Below, in pieces: positions 39,550 to 49,512 of a stretch of DNA of 64,000 nt. Origin of the DNA: Longimicrobiales bacterium (GTDB lineage Bacteria > Gemmatimonadota > Gemmatimonadetes > Longimicrobiales > Gaopeijiaceae); assembly GCA_963664435.2 (NCBI GenBank), contig CAXXKM010000003.1, positions 224,001-288,000 of the forward strand. Reading direction: 5' to 3'. The notes under the pieces were generated by a model. It did no database searches and had not been told where the DNA came from. It saw only the letters and a list, made by a program, of their open reading frames with translations. Each line of letters begins with the position of its first letter. Positions within the stretch are counted from its first letter, which is position 1. A program made the position numbers and the translations under genes.

Positions 39550-40728
39550 TCAGGCCTCGGACGGGAGACGTATGTTGAAGGTCGCGCCGGGCTCCCATTC
39601 GGACACCAGTTCGAGCTTCCCGCGGTGGACGCCCTGCACGATGCGGCGCGCCAGCGTGAGCCCCACGCCCCAGCCGCTCGACTTGGTGGTCACGCCGGGT
39701 TCGAAGATGTCGTCGCGGACGGCGGGATCGATTCCGGGGCCCGAATCGGCGATGCGCACGTCCACCCAACCCGTACCCGCCCCGGAGCATGTGATCGAGA
39801 TCCTGCCTCCGCGCCCGGCCAGGGCGTCGAGGGAATTCTTGAGCACGTTCTCGAGAGCCCAGCTGAGCAGGACGTGGTGACCCCTGACCGCCGGCAGATC
39901 GGAGGGAACATCCACCACCAGTTCCACCTCCGACGCCACGCTGGGAAGACGGGAACGGAAGTAGCCTTCCAGTTCGGCCAGCACCCGGGTCAGGTCGACC
40001 TGGCCCAGGGCGGGCTCGCGGCCGATCAACTCGAAACGGCGCGTAACTCGTTCAAGCCGCTCCACGTCATCTTCGAGTTCGTGCAGGATCTCGCCCTCGG
40101 ACAGCTTTCCCGGCCGCTCGGGCCCGGGCAACTTGAGTACTTCGACCCAGCCGTGCAGCGAAGAGATGGGGGTACCCAGCTGGTGCGCCAGTTCGCGCGC
40201 CATCACCGTCCAGGCGCGTTCTCCGGCCACCCTCCGCTGGTATCGCACCAGTCCCGCCAGCATGAGCACGACGAGCGCCAACCCCCCTGCCTGAAGCCAT
40301 GGAATCCAGCGCAGGCGCGTCAGGATCGGGGGTGGGCCGTAGTGGATGTGCTGTACATCGGGAGTGCCGACCGGAGGATTTCGCTGGTCCAGCGTGGCGA
40401 TGTAGCCCCGCACCTGCTCCTGTCCGGCGGGGGTACCGAGATCCACTTCGAAGGGCAGGTTCTCGACTGCCAGCACCGTATCGCCGGGGCCGGTCATCAC
40501 GAACGGCACGCCCGAATCCGTGATCAGCAGCTGAAGCCGCCTGAGAGCCTGGATGGAACTGCCTTCCCCCGGGTCGGTCAGGCCTTCCATGACCTCGGCA
40601 TAGATCCGCGTGAAGATCTCGCTGTCGGCCCGCAGCGCGCGCACGATTTGCTGTGTGTAGAGCAGATACCAGCCGGCGAGGGCCACGAAGAGCGCCGCCA
40701 GTCCGACGTACCAGCGTTTCGGCGACAC
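39550..40728 (-). CDS. Membrane sensor histidine kinase (orphan)
   Basis: 2 TM, H-box ARELAHQLGTP, N-box ENVLKNSLDA, DSGPGI, GWGVGL. Confidence 0.9.
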   Translation of the reverse strand: MSPKRWYVGLAALFVALAGWYLLYTQQIVRALRADSEIFTRIYAEVMEGLTDPGEGSSIQALRRLQLLITDSGVPFVMTGPGDTVLAVENLPFEVDLGTPAGQEQVRGYIATLDQRNPPVGTPDVQHIHYGPPPILTRLRWIPWLQAGGLALVVLMLAGLVRYQRRVAGERAWTVMARELAHQLGTPISSLHGWVEVLKLPGPERPGKLSEGEILHELEDDVERLERVTRRFELIGREPALGQVDLTRVLAELEGYFRSRLPSVASEVELVVDVPSDLPAVRGHHVLLSWALENVLKNSLDALAGRGGRISITCSGAGTGWVDVRIADSGPGIDPAVRDDIFEPGVTTKSSGWGVGLTLARRIVQGVHRGKLELVSEWEPGATFNIRLPSEA

Positions 40729-40744
40729 CCGCCCCGCCGCCTCG

Positions 40745-42022
40745 TCAGGGAAGCAGGCGACCGCCGCCGAGTCGCTCGGCCAGCGGTTCCGGCAGGGTCA
40801 CGCTCCCGTCCTCTCCCTGGCCGTTCTCCAGCAGAGCGACCAGCAGCCTCGGCAGAGCGAGCGCCGAACCGTTCAGTGTGTGTACGAATTCCGGCTTCCG
40901 GCCGGGATGGGGCCGGTAACGCAGGCTCGCGCGCCGCGCCTGGTAGTCGGTGGTCGTACTGACGCTCGACACCTCCAGCCAACGGCGCACGCCCGGGGCC
41001 CAGACCTCCAGATCGTAGGTCATCGCCGACCAGAAGCCCAGATCGCCCGTGGCCAGGCTGAGTACGCGATAGCGGAGCCCCAGACGCTGGAGAATCACCT
41101 CGGCCTCCGCGGTCATCTCCTCGAGTGCCTCCCGGCTTCGCTCGGGAGTCTCATAGCGCACGAGCTCCACCTTGTCGAACTGGTGCACGCGCAGGAGGCC
41201 GCGGGTATCCGCGCCCGCCGCGCCGGCTTCGCGCCGGAAGCAGGGCGAGTAGGCGGTGTAGCGAAGAGGCAATTCGTCCGCGGAGAGGATCTCGCCCCTG
41301 TGCATGTTGGTGAGGGGCACCTCGGAAGTGGGAATCAGCCAGAGGTCGTCCAGCGTGGTAACGTATGCATCCTCCTCGAACTTCGGGAGATGGCCCGTGG
41401 CGGTAAGGCTCTCTCGGTTGACCATGTAGGGTACGCGCACCTCGGTGTAGCCGTGCTCCCGGACATGCAGATCGAGCATGTAGCCGATCAGTTCCCTCTG
41501 CATGCGCGCGCCGCGGCCCGTGAGAACCGGAAACCCGGAACCTGATATCCGGGCCCCGCGCGCAAGGTCGAGGAGCCCCAGCCGTTCCCCCAACTCCCAG
41601 TGTGGCTTCGGCTCAAAATCGAAGCGCCGCTTCGTTCCCCATCTACGGACCAGCGCGTTGGCCTCCTCGCCGCCATCCGGCACTTCGGCGAGCGGCAGGT
41701 TGGGCAGCTCCAGAAGGGTGTTCCGGATGTGCGCCTCGGCATCCTCCACCACTTCGCCCAGCGCGTCGATGCGGCCGCCCACCCTGCGCATTTCGACGAT
41801 CAGATCGTCCGCCGATTCACCCCTTCGCCTCAGTTCGCCGATGCGGCGGGAAACGGCGTTGCGGCGCGCCCGGAGCTCATCGGCCTCTCCGATCGCGGAC
41901 CGGCGCCGCTCGTCGAGGGCGAGGAGGTGTTCGACCCGGGCTGCCCCGCCCGAGATGCCGCGCCGCGCCAGTCCGGCACGAACCAGATCCGGCTGCGCCC
42001 GAATCATCCGCAGGTCGAGCAT
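40745..42022 (-). CDS. serS: Serine--tRNA ligase
   Basis: MLDLRMIR, LIPTSEV, FRREAG, RVHQFDKVEL, HTLNGS; start ATG 42022. Confidence 0.97.
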   Translation of the reverse strand: MLDLRMIRAQPDLVRAGLARRGISGGAARVEHLLALDERRRSAIGEADELRARRNAVSRRIGELRRRGESADDLIVEMRRVGGRIDALGEVVEDAEAHIRNTLLELPNLPLAEVPDGGEEANALVRRWGTKRRFDFEPKPHWELGERLGLLDLARGARISGSGFPVLTGRGARMQRELIGYMLDLHVREHGYTEVRVPYMVNRESLTATGHLPKFEEDAYVTTLDDLWLIPTSEVPLTNMHRGEILSADELPLRYTAYSPCFRREAGAAGADTRGLLRVHQFDKVELVRYETPERSREALEEMTAEAEVILQRLGLRYRVLSLATGDLGFWSAMTYDLEVWAPGVRRWLEVSSVSTTTDYQARRASLRYRPHPGRKPEFVHTLNGSALALPRLLVALLENGQGEDGSVTLPEPLAERLGGGRLLP

Positions 42023-42053
42023 GGCCCAGAGGGGGTGTAAGGGATGAGAGGGC

Positions 42054-42614
42054 TCAGGGGAAGACGTCCGGCTGCATCTTGCGGCTGTTGCAGATCCCGT
42101 TGGTGTCGAACACGAAGACCACGGTGCGTTCCACAGGGTCCACGTCCAGGGGAACCAGCTTCGCGTAGTGGTTGCATAACTGCCCGTAGTTGGAGCGCAA
42201 GCGCCGCGTGCGCACCACATACAGACTCTCGAGGTTCACGGGCACGGCCTCGTTCTCGATATACACGTCATCGTCCTCGGGGGCTTCCTCGATGTCGTCG
42301 AAGTTCTCGTCGGGCAGCTCCACAAGCGCCGCGTCCGAATCGACGCCGAAGAATCCAGGGGTCAGGAAGACGGCCCGGCCGCCTTCGACATCCACGGCCA
42401 GATCCCAGGACGAGGTGGTTGCGGGGGCTTCGATGCGCACCGACCGCCGGGAGCCGAAGTCGAAACCGGTTTCGACGTTCGGCTCGGGACGGGAGATGGC
42501 ATACAGACGCACGGTGTCGGCCGACGCGATCCACTCGAGCGCGAAAGGATCTCTTCCGCACGCAGCGGTAGCAACCAGCGAAAGGACAAGGAGGATGATC
42601 CCGAGCGAACGCAT
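42054..42614 (-). CDS. Putative lipoprotein (HmuY-like motifs)
   Basis: Lipobox TAA-C; SWDLAVD and YAKL motifs; C-terminal Cys pair. Confidence 0.65.
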   Translation of the reverse strand: MRSLGIILLVLSLVATAACGRDPFALEWIASADTVRLYAISRPEPNVETGFDFGSRRSVRIEAPATTSSWDLAVDVEGGRAVFLTPGFFGVDSDAALVELPDENFDDIEEAPEDDDVYIENEAVPVNLESLYVVRTRRLRSNYGQLCNHYAKLVPLDVDPVERTVVFVFDTNGICNSRKMQPDVFP

Positions 42615-42681
42615 AACGACTTGTGACCACGAAGAAGGGGCTGGGTCCGGCGAGCTGACAACCTGTTCACGGAGCGCGCCA

Positions 42682-42759
42682 AGACTACCCCGGCGGCTCC
42701 ATGGGGTCAACCCCGGAGCGGCGAATTCCGTTGATTTTACACTGTGCCCCGGGTAAGTT
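42682..42759. promoter_or_regulatory. Back-to-back divergent sigma70 promoters
   Basis: - strand TTGACC-N17-TAGTCT (42710-42682); + strand TTGATT-N17-TAAGTT (42731-42759). Confidence 0.65.
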
Positions 42760-42794
42760 TCCGCGTGCATCCTGACCCGCATCAGCGAGCGGCG

Positions 42795-43871
42795 GTGACG
42801 CCCAACGACCCCCACCTCCGGGTCGTCATCCTCGCGGGTGGCGCCGGTACCCGCTTCTGGCCCGCCAGCACCCCCGCTCGCCCCAAGCAGTTCCTGCCGC
42901 TGGTCTCCGACCGCCCCCTCGTGGCCGACACGGTCTCGCGCGCACTGGAACTGGTCCCGATTGCCCAGTTGCGGCTCGTTGCGGGACGGCATCTGGAGCC
43001 ACATCTGACCTCTGCGCTCCCGGAGGTGCCTCCCGGTTCCTTCCTGTGGGAGCCGCAGCAACGCAGCACGGCCCCGGCGCTCACCTGGGCGACCTGGCGC
43101 GCGTGGCGAAGCGATCCCGACGCCGTGATCGTCTCACTGCATTCGGACCATGACATCCACCCCTCGACCGCGTTCCGTTCACTGGTCGCGCGCGCGGTGC
43201 GGATCGCGGCCGGCAGGAGTGTGCTCCTGACCATCGGGGCTCAGCCGGATCGCCCCGACACCGGGTACGGATACCTGCAGCCCGGGGACGTCATGGACGG
43301 GCTCGCCCACGGCCGGGCGGGCGAGCTTCCCCGGCACGTGCTGCGTTTTCACGAGAAACCCGACGCTCGACGGGCCGCCGAGTATATTCGCCAGGGATTC
43401 CTCTGGAATACGGGCATCTTCGTCTGGCGGGCATCGGTGTTCCTGAAGGAACTCGGGGCGCACGCTCCCGACATCGCCGCCCTGATTCCGCTACTCGAAG
43501 CCGGGGATGTGGACGGGTTCTTTCGCCAGGCGCCGGCGGTGAGCGTAGACGAGGCCGTGCTGGAACGCAGCCAGGCGTGCGCCATGCTTCCGGCGACCTT
43601 TCACTGGGACGATGTGGGCAGCTGGGAGGCGCTGGCACGGACCCGACGGCCTGATGCAAGCGGGAATATCGCCGCCGGAGATGTCGTCCTCGTCGACTGT
43701 GACGACAACATCGCGTACAGCGAAGGCGGGCCCGTGGTGTTGTTCGGCGTGACGGACCTGGTGGTGGTCGCGGCGCGGGGCGCGACCATGGTCACGACCC
43801 GCGAGCATTCCCGCGAACTCAAACGCCTCCTGGAACGCTTGCCGTCGTCGTCCGCCCCGGAAGGGACGTGA
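42795..43871 (+). CDS. Mannose-1-phosphate guanylyltransferase (monofunctional, no cupin isomerase domain)
   Basis: ILAGGAGTRFWPAS..PKQFL, TGYGYL, FHEKPD, WNTGIF, WDDVGSW. Confidence 0.88.
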   Translation: MTPNDPHLRVVILAGGAGTRFWPASTPARPKQFLPLVSDRPLVADTVSRALELVPIAQLRLVAGRHLEPHLTSALPEVPPGSFLWEPQQRSTAPALTWATWRAWRSDPDAVIVSLHSDHDIHPSTAFRSLVARAVRIAAGRSVLLTIGAQPDRPDTGYGYLQPGDVMDGLAHGRAGELPRHVLRFHEKPDARRAAEYIRQGFLWNTGIFVWRASVFLKELGAHAPDIAALIPLLEAGDVDGFFRQAPAVSVDEAVLERSQACAMLPATFHWDDVGSWEALARTRRPDASGNIAAGDVVLVDCDDNIAYSEGGPVVLFGVTDLVVVAARGATMVTTREHSRELKRLLERLPSSSAPEGT

Positions 43872-45160
43872 CCACCCGGCTCTACCTGTTCGACGACGCC
43901 CGCGCCCGGCAGTGGGAACCGTTTGCCCTGACCCGCCCGGTAGCCGAGCTGGTGCTCGGAGCGCTGCGTTTCTGGGAGCGGGCATCCCGTGCGTGGGACG
44001 TGGAGTACGGCGGCCACCTCGCGGCTGCTCACCTCGCCGGTTTCCGGGAAGACGAAGGGCCCACCGCGCTCGCGCCGTCCGAGGTGAGTTCGCGCAACCA
44101 CCGCATCCTGGTATCCAGCCGAGCCGTCGTGCGGGATCCCCCGCAGCAGCTGCCTCCGGTCCCGGCCGCGTTGTGCATCGACGGCACGAGGGTCGGATGG
44201 AGCCTCCCCGCCGGCGTCCCGCTTCCCCACGCGCGTCATCTCGCCGATCCCGCTGCGGCCCCTCGCACGGGAATCCGGGTTGAGCTGGACGGGTTCGTCC
44301 TGGAACAAGTCTGGGAGCTGGTGGCGCGGACAGCCGGGCAGCTTCGTGAAGACCTGGAAGGCGCGGCGCTCACGCCCCTGCCGGCCGCCCCTCCAGGCGG
44401 AACCGCCGAGCGGCACGCCGGGGCGCATCCGGACCATCCCGCGATCCCGCCATCGAGGTCCTCCCTCCCGCCCGGCACGCACCTCCTGGGAGATGGTCCC
44501 ATCACGCTCGGCCCCGGTGCGGCGGTCGAACCGGGCGTGCTGCTGGACACGAGGCCGGGGCCGATCGTCCTCGGCGGGGACGTGCGCGTGTGCGGACCGG
44601 CCCGCCTGGAGGGCCCGCTGTATGTGGGACCGGGCACGACCATCCTCGGCGGACGGGTATGCGCCTCCTATGTAGGTCCGGCATGCAAGATCCGGGGCGA
44701 CGTGGAAAAAAGCGTCCTGCTCGGCTACGACAACAAGGCCCACGACGGCTTTGTCGGCCGGTCCTACCTCGGCCGGTGGGTGAACCTGGGCGCGATGACC
44801 ACCAACAGCGACCTTCGCAACGACTACCGCGAGGTTCAGGTCCGCACCGGCGAAGGCGCCGTGCCTTCCGGCCTCTTCAAGCTGGGCTGCCTTGTGGGCG
44901 ACCATGTCAAGACGGGAATCGGAACCCTCCTCAACACCGGGGCGGTGATCGGGGCGGGCTGCAACCTGTTCGGGGCCCGAACTCCGACGCGCCATCTCCC
45001 GCCCTTTCGATGGGGAACGGCCCCCGACGCGCCACACTTTCGGCTGGACCGCTTTCTGGACACCGCGGCGCGCGTGATGAATCGCCGAGGGGTGCGGCTG
45101 ACCCCGGAGATGCGGGCCGTTCTCGAGCGTGCCTGGCTCCGTGTGGCCGGATCCGACTAG
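43868..45160 (+). CDS. Alternative GlmU-like sugar-nucleotidyltransferase with left-handed beta-helix
   Basis: PFALTRPVAEL N-terminus, hexapeptide repeats, NKAHDGFVG..LGRWVNLGA.TTNSDL.NDY, GDHVKTGIG. Confidence 0.8.
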   Translation: MTTRLYLFDDARARQWEPFALTRPVAELVLGALRFWERASRAWDVEYGGHLAAAHLAGFREDEGPTALAPSEVSSRNHRILVSSRAVVRDPPQQLPPVPAALCIDGTRVGWSLPAGVPLPHARHLADPAAAPRTGIRVELDGFVLEQVWELVARTAGQLREDLEGAALTPLPAAPPGGTAERHAGAHPDHPAIPPSRSSLPPGTHLLGDGPITLGPGAAVEPGVLLDTRPGPIVLGGDVRVCGPARLEGPLYVGPGTTILGGRVCASYVGPACKIRGDVEKSVLLGYDNKAHDGFVGRSYLGRWVNLGAMTTNSDLRNDYREVQVRTGEGAVPSGLFKLGCLVGDHVKTGIGTLLNTGAVIGAGCNLFGARTPTRHLPPFRWGTAPDAPHFRLDRFLDTAARVMNRRGVRLTPEMRAVLERAWLRVAGSD

Positions 45161-45181
45161 GTCGGGGCGTCCGGGGCCGTC

Positions 45182-46003
45182 GTGCAGATCTGCGTGCTGG
45201 GCAGCGGAAGCAAGGGCAACTCGATTCTCGTCCGCTCCGGGCGCGCGACCGTGCTGGTCGACGCCGGCTTCAGTGCGCGCGAGACCGAGCGGCGCCTGAG
45301 GCTGGTCGGAGCGGAGGCGAGTGAGCTCTCGGCCATCATCCTCACGCACGAACACGGGGATCATACCCGGGGAAGCGGGGTGCTGGCGCGACGCCACGGC
45401 ATGCCCGTCTGTCTCACGGAAGCTACCCGCAGGGCGTGCGACCGTCTGTTCCGCGGATCGGAACGGGTTGTGGAGTATCGGCCCGGGCGCGCCTTCGGCG
45501 TCGAGGACCTGCGCGTGGAACCGTTCATGACCGTCCACGACGCCGCCGATCCCGTGGCCATCGCCCTGGTGGATGTCGGATCCGGTATCCGCGTCGGCGT
45601 CGCGACCGATCTCGGCCGCTCCACGGCGATCGTCCGACACGCACTCGCGGGCTGCGATTTCCTGGTCCTGGAGGCCAACCACGACGAGACGCTTCTCCAC
45701 CGGAGCTCCTACCCCGCCGCGGTCAAGTCGCGCATCGCATCCAGTCACGGACACCTGTCCAACCGCGCGGCGGCCCGTCTTGCCCTGGATCTCCTCCACC
45801 CCCGTCTCGCCGGCATCCTGCTGGCCCACCTCTCCGCCGAGTGCAACACGCCCGAACTGGCGCGCGACACAGTCTCGCGGACGCTGGCGAAGGCGGGATA
45901 CCAGGGCTTCCTGGACGTTGCCCGGCAGGATGAACCTACGGAGGTCCTTTGCGTCGATACCCTGCGCCGGGAACGCGGTCCCGAGCAGTTGTCGTTTCTC
46001 TGA
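45182..46003 (+). CDS. Metallo-beta-lactamase-fold hydrolase (YycJ/WalJ-like)
   Basis: GSGSKGN, THEHGDH, HDAADP, LEANHD, GHLSN, AHLS. Confidence 0.88.
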   Translation: MQICVLGSGSKGNSILVRSGRATVLVDAGFSARETERRLRLVGAEASELSAIILTHEHGDHTRGSGVLARRHGMPVCLTEATRRACDRLFRGSERVVEYRPGRAFGVEDLRVEPFMTVHDAADPVAIALVDVGSGIRVGVATDLGRSTAIVRHALAGCDFLVLEANHDETLLHRSSYPAAVKSRIASSHGHLSNRAAARLALDLLHPRLAGILLAHLSAECNTPELARDTVSRTLAKAGYQGFLDVARQDEPTEVLCVDTLRRERGPEQLSFL

Positions 46004-46043
46004 GGCTGCGGTTCCCCGCTCCGCCCCGAGAGCGGTTCGGGCG

Positions 46044-47402
46044 TCACAACCCCAGCACGCGCAGGATGTCGTTGGAAAGCGCCCAGACCATGATCCCCAT
46101 GAGCACCAGGAAACCGACCCGGCTCCAGCGCAGCCGCTGCTCCAGGCTGAGCGCCTTGCCCCTGACCGCCTCGATCCCCAGGAAGACGAGGTGCCCTCCG
46201 TCGAGTATCGGAATGGGAAGCAGGTTCAGGATCGCCAGGTTCACCGAGAACAGGGCCATGAAGCGCAGGAAAGTCTGGAGTCCCGCTTCCGCGGCCTGGC
46301 CCGACAGGGTTCCGATAGTGACGATGCTGCCGACGTTGCGCGGGGAGACGTTCCCGGTGACGAGATCGCCCAGGAAGCCGAGAATCATGCGGGTCGTGCC
46401 CACGGTTTCCCGGTATCCGATGACCACCGCCCGGGTCAGGGGAACGGGCACGTACACGGCGGCCGGCACCGGAGCCAGGATCCCAACCTGACCCACCGTC
46501 CTGATCTCGCCGTCGGGCCCTCTTTCCTCACGCGACACGAGGGGCACCGCGATCTCCATCAGGACGTCGTCGCGCGCCACCTGAAGATCGACCGTGCTAC
46601 CCGGACGGCGCATGATCTCCCGCCGGAACAGCGCCCAGTTTTCCACGGCGATGCCGTCCACCGCCAGGACGCGATCTCCCCGCTGAAGCCCCGCGCGCGC
46701 CGCGGGCATCCCGGGCTCGACATCCAGCACCTCGGCCTCGATCCAGTAGTCGAGAGCCAATGCCAGGCGCTCGCGCGCCAAGGCGTCCCCGGGCGCCGGC
46801 ACCGACACGGTCACGCGCGGAGCTTCGGTCTCGACCGTGATGGTCTCGCCCGGTGCGGACAGGAACCCGTCCCGTACATCGCCCCAATGGTTCACGTCAC
46901 GCTCCCCCACGCGCGTGATGCGCGCGCCCACCGGAAGCCCGGCCAGCGGTTCCGCGCCCGGAGGAAGAAGCTCCATGTCCACGTAGCCGAGCCGGGTCTC
47001 GTCGGCCTCGGCACGGCCCCATCCCGCGGCAATCGTCGTATACGCCGCGAAGGCGAAGATCATGTTCATGATCACGCCCGCCGACAGCACCAGCGCACGC
47101 GCCCACACCGGCTTGCCGTCGAAGTCGGTGGGATCGGCCCGGCGACGCACCTCCGCGCCGCCCCCTTCCACCTTGTCCATGACCTCGTCGGCCATGCCGC
47201 TCATCTTCACATAGCCGCCCAGCGGAATCGCCGAGATCACGTATTCCGTGTCGCCGCGCCGGAAGCCCAGGACACGCGGCCCAAGCCCGATCGAGAAGCG
47301 CAGGACCTTTACGCCCACGGCCTTGGCCGCCCAGAAGTGACCCAGTTCGTGCACGAGGATCAGAACGCCCAGGACAACGATTGTCGCCAGCAACGCCATC
47401 AT
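46044..47402 (-). CDS. rseP: RIP metalloprotease RseP
   Basis: HELGH, PLGGYVKM, PDZ domains, NLLPIPILDGG. Confidence 0.95.
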   Translation of the reverse strand: MMALLATIVVLGVLILVHELGHFWAAKAVGVKVLRFSIGLGPRVLGFRRGDTEYVISAIPLGGYVKMSGMADEVMDKVEGGGAEVRRRADPTDFDGKPVWARALVLSAGVIMNMIFAFAAYTTIAAGWGRAEADETRLGYVDMELLPPGAEPLAGLPVGARITRVGERDVNHWGDVRDGFLSAPGETITVETEAPRVTVSVPAPGDALARERLALALDYWIEAEVLDVEPGMPAARAGLQRGDRVLAVDGIAVENWALFRREIMRRPGSTVDLQVARDDVLMEIAVPLVSREERGPDGEIRTVGQVGILAPVPAAVYVPVPLTRAVVIGYRETVGTTRMILGFLGDLVTGNVSPRNVGSIVTIGTLSGQAAEAGLQTFLRFMALFSVNLAILNLLPIPILDGGHLVFLGIEAVRGKALSLEQRLRWSRVGFLVLMGIMVWALSNDILRVLGL

Positions 47403-47441
47403 CCCTCTCCCTGTATGCGCCCGCTCGTCAGCCGCGCGGCC

Positions 47442-48590
47442 CTACGCGACCACCGCGGCGATGGATTCCCGGGTGACGTCCCGGGTCTCGGCGTCCACGC
47501 CGAGCACTTCCTCGACCGACCTGATTTCTCCCGGGGGAGTCCGATTCATCGCCGCGCCCACCACCGCCGCCATCTCCCGGAAGGGCAGCGCGCCTTTCAG
47601 GAATGCGTGGACCGCCACCTCGTTGGCCGCGTTGAAGACCGTCGGCGCCCAGCCACCGGCGCACCCCGCCTGCACACCCAGCTCGAACAGAGGGAACCGG
47701 GCCCGGTCGAGCGCCTCGAACGTGAGATCCGACAGGCTCGAAGGACTGAAGGTGCGCAGCCGGCCGTCGTCAATCCGCTCCGGGTGCGTCAGCGCGTACA
47801 GGATGGGCAGCTCCATGGTGGGAAGGCCGAGTTGCGCAACGACCGATCCGTCCGTGAACTCCACGAAGGAATGGATGATCGATTGCGGATGAACGACCAC
47901 GTCGATGCGTTCATACTCCATCCGGTACAGGAAATGTGCCTCGATGACCTCCAGCGCCTTGTTCGCGAGGGTGGCCGAATCGATGGTGATCTTGGAACCC
48001 ATGTTCCAGGTGGGGTGGCGCAGCGCGTCGGCCGGCGTGATGTCGTTCATTCGGGACGCGTTCCAGCAGCGAAAGGGACCGCCCGATGCGGTCAGCACGA
48101 TACGGGCCACATGCCGGGGGTCGCTTCCGGCAAGGCACTGGAGAATGGCGCTGTGTTCCGAATCGACCGGGACCAGTTCACCGCCCCCCGACCGCGCGGT
48201 CTCGTCAACGAGTGCGCCTCCCGCCACGAGCGACTCCTTGTTGGCCAGTGCGAGGCGCTTGCCGGCCCGCAGCGCGGCGAGGGTGGGCTCGAGGCCCGAA
48301 ACCCCCACCAGCGCATTGATGACCACGTCCGCATCGCTGTACCCCGCCAGTTCGACCAGAGCCTCCCGGCCATAGGCGGAGGATACGCCGGGGAGGTCGA
48401 GTCTCTCCGCGCCGGGATCGGCGATCACCACCCGGCGCGGGCGATGGAGCGCGGCCTGCTCGCGGAGCATGGAGACCGAGCGGTTGGCGGCCAGCGCAAC
48501 CACGCTGAAGCGCTCCGGGTGCCGGCCCATTACCTCGAGCGCACTGCGCCCGACCGACCCCGTGGATCCCAGGATCGCAACCCGAATCAC
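47442..48590 (-). CDS. dxr: 1-deoxy-D-xylulose-5-phosphate reductoisomerase
   Basis: GSTGSVG, LANKESLV, PVDSEH, TASGGPF, HPTWNMG.KITIDSA. Confidence 0.97.
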   Translation of the reverse strand: MIRVAILGSTGSVGRSALEVMGRHPERFSVVALAANRSVSMLREQAALHRPRRVVIADPGAERLDLPGVSSAYGREALVELAGYSDADVVINALVGVSGLEPTLAALRAGKRLALANKESLVAGGALVDETARSGGGELVPVDSEHSAILQCLAGSDPRHVARIVLTASGGPFRCWNASRMNDITPADALRHPTWNMGSKITIDSATLANKALEVIEAHFLYRMEYERIDVVVHPQSIIHSFVEFTDGSVVAQLGLPTMELPILYALTHPERIDDGRLRTFSPSSLSDLTFEALDRARFPLFELGVQAGCAGGWAPTVFNAANEVAVHAFLKGALPFREMAAVVGAAMNRTPPGEIRSVEEVLGVDAETRDVTRESIAAVVA

Positions 48591-48627
48591 GTCCCGGGAC
48601 CCTGCGCTGGAGGAATCACCATCCGGC

Positions 48628-49512
48628 TCATGGCGACACCGAGCCGGCGAGCTGAAGCGCCGCGTAGGCGAGCGGGAGCGTCACCAGCACCCCGTCGAGA
48701 CGATCGAGCACGCCGCCGTGGCCGGGCAGCAGCGATCCCGCGTCCTTGACCCCGGCCTCGCGCTTCAGGAGGGACACGGCCAGGTCGCCGGCCAGCGCCC
48801 CCATACCGATCAGCAGCGCAATGCCGACGATCCAGTACGGTCCGACGCCCAGCAGGAGGAAGGGCTCGGCGGCCACGGTCGCGAAGACCAGGCCCGCCGT
48901 CCCCGCGGCCAGGATGCCCGCGACCGTGCCTTCCACCGTCTTGCCCGGACTGACGGTTGGAAAAGGATGGCGACGCCCCCAAAGGCTGCCCACGATGTAG
49001 GCGGCGACGTCGCCGACCCAGGTGACCGCCAGCGGGAAGAGAAGCAGCAACGGGCCTTCGAGCGGCGCCGCGGCCCTCACGGCCACACCCGTCTCCGGAA
49101 GGTGGCGCAGCAGCACGGCGAAACAAAGCCCGCCTCCCACGTACAGCGCCGCCGTGAGGGTGGCGCACACGGATGCGAGCGGCTTGTCCGCCACATCGCG
49201 CGCGCGCACGGCGGCGACAAAGAGCACGACGGTGGCCCCCATGAGGACCGTCAGCGCGAGCGGGGCGAAACCGGTGAAAAATGGTTCCGCCGTCGCCGCC
49301 AGGACGAGTGCCGCCGTGACGGCCATGGCGATTCCGGTGAAGGGCCGAACCCCCGTACGCCGTGCCAGCAGGCAGAACTCGCGGGCGCCCAGCATGGCCA
49401 GCGCCGCCGCAAGCGCACCCATGAGCCACCCGCCCCGATAGATGACGGGAAGCACGACGAGCAGGGCGACCACCGCCACCAGCGCGCGGCGAGAGAGGTC
49501 GGCCATCCCCAT
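48628..49512 (-). CDS. cdsA: Phosphatidate cytidylyltransferase
   Basis: SPGKTVEG, KREAGVKD.G..LPGHGGVLDRLD. Confidence 0.94.
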   Translation of the reverse strand: MGMADLSRRALVAVVALLVVLPVIYRGGWLMGALAAALAMLGAREFCLLARRTGVRPFTGIAMAVTAALVLAATAEPFFTGFAPLALTVLMGATVVLFVAAVRARDVADKPLASVCATLTAALYVGGGLCFAVLLRHLPETGVAVRAAAPLEGPLLLLFPLAVTWVGDVAAYIVGSLWGRRHPFPTVSPGKTVEGTVAGILAAGTAGLVFATVAAEPFLLLGVGPYWIVGIALLIGMGALAGDLAVSLLKREAGVKDAGSLLPGHGGVLDRLDGVLVTLPLAYAALQLAGSVSP

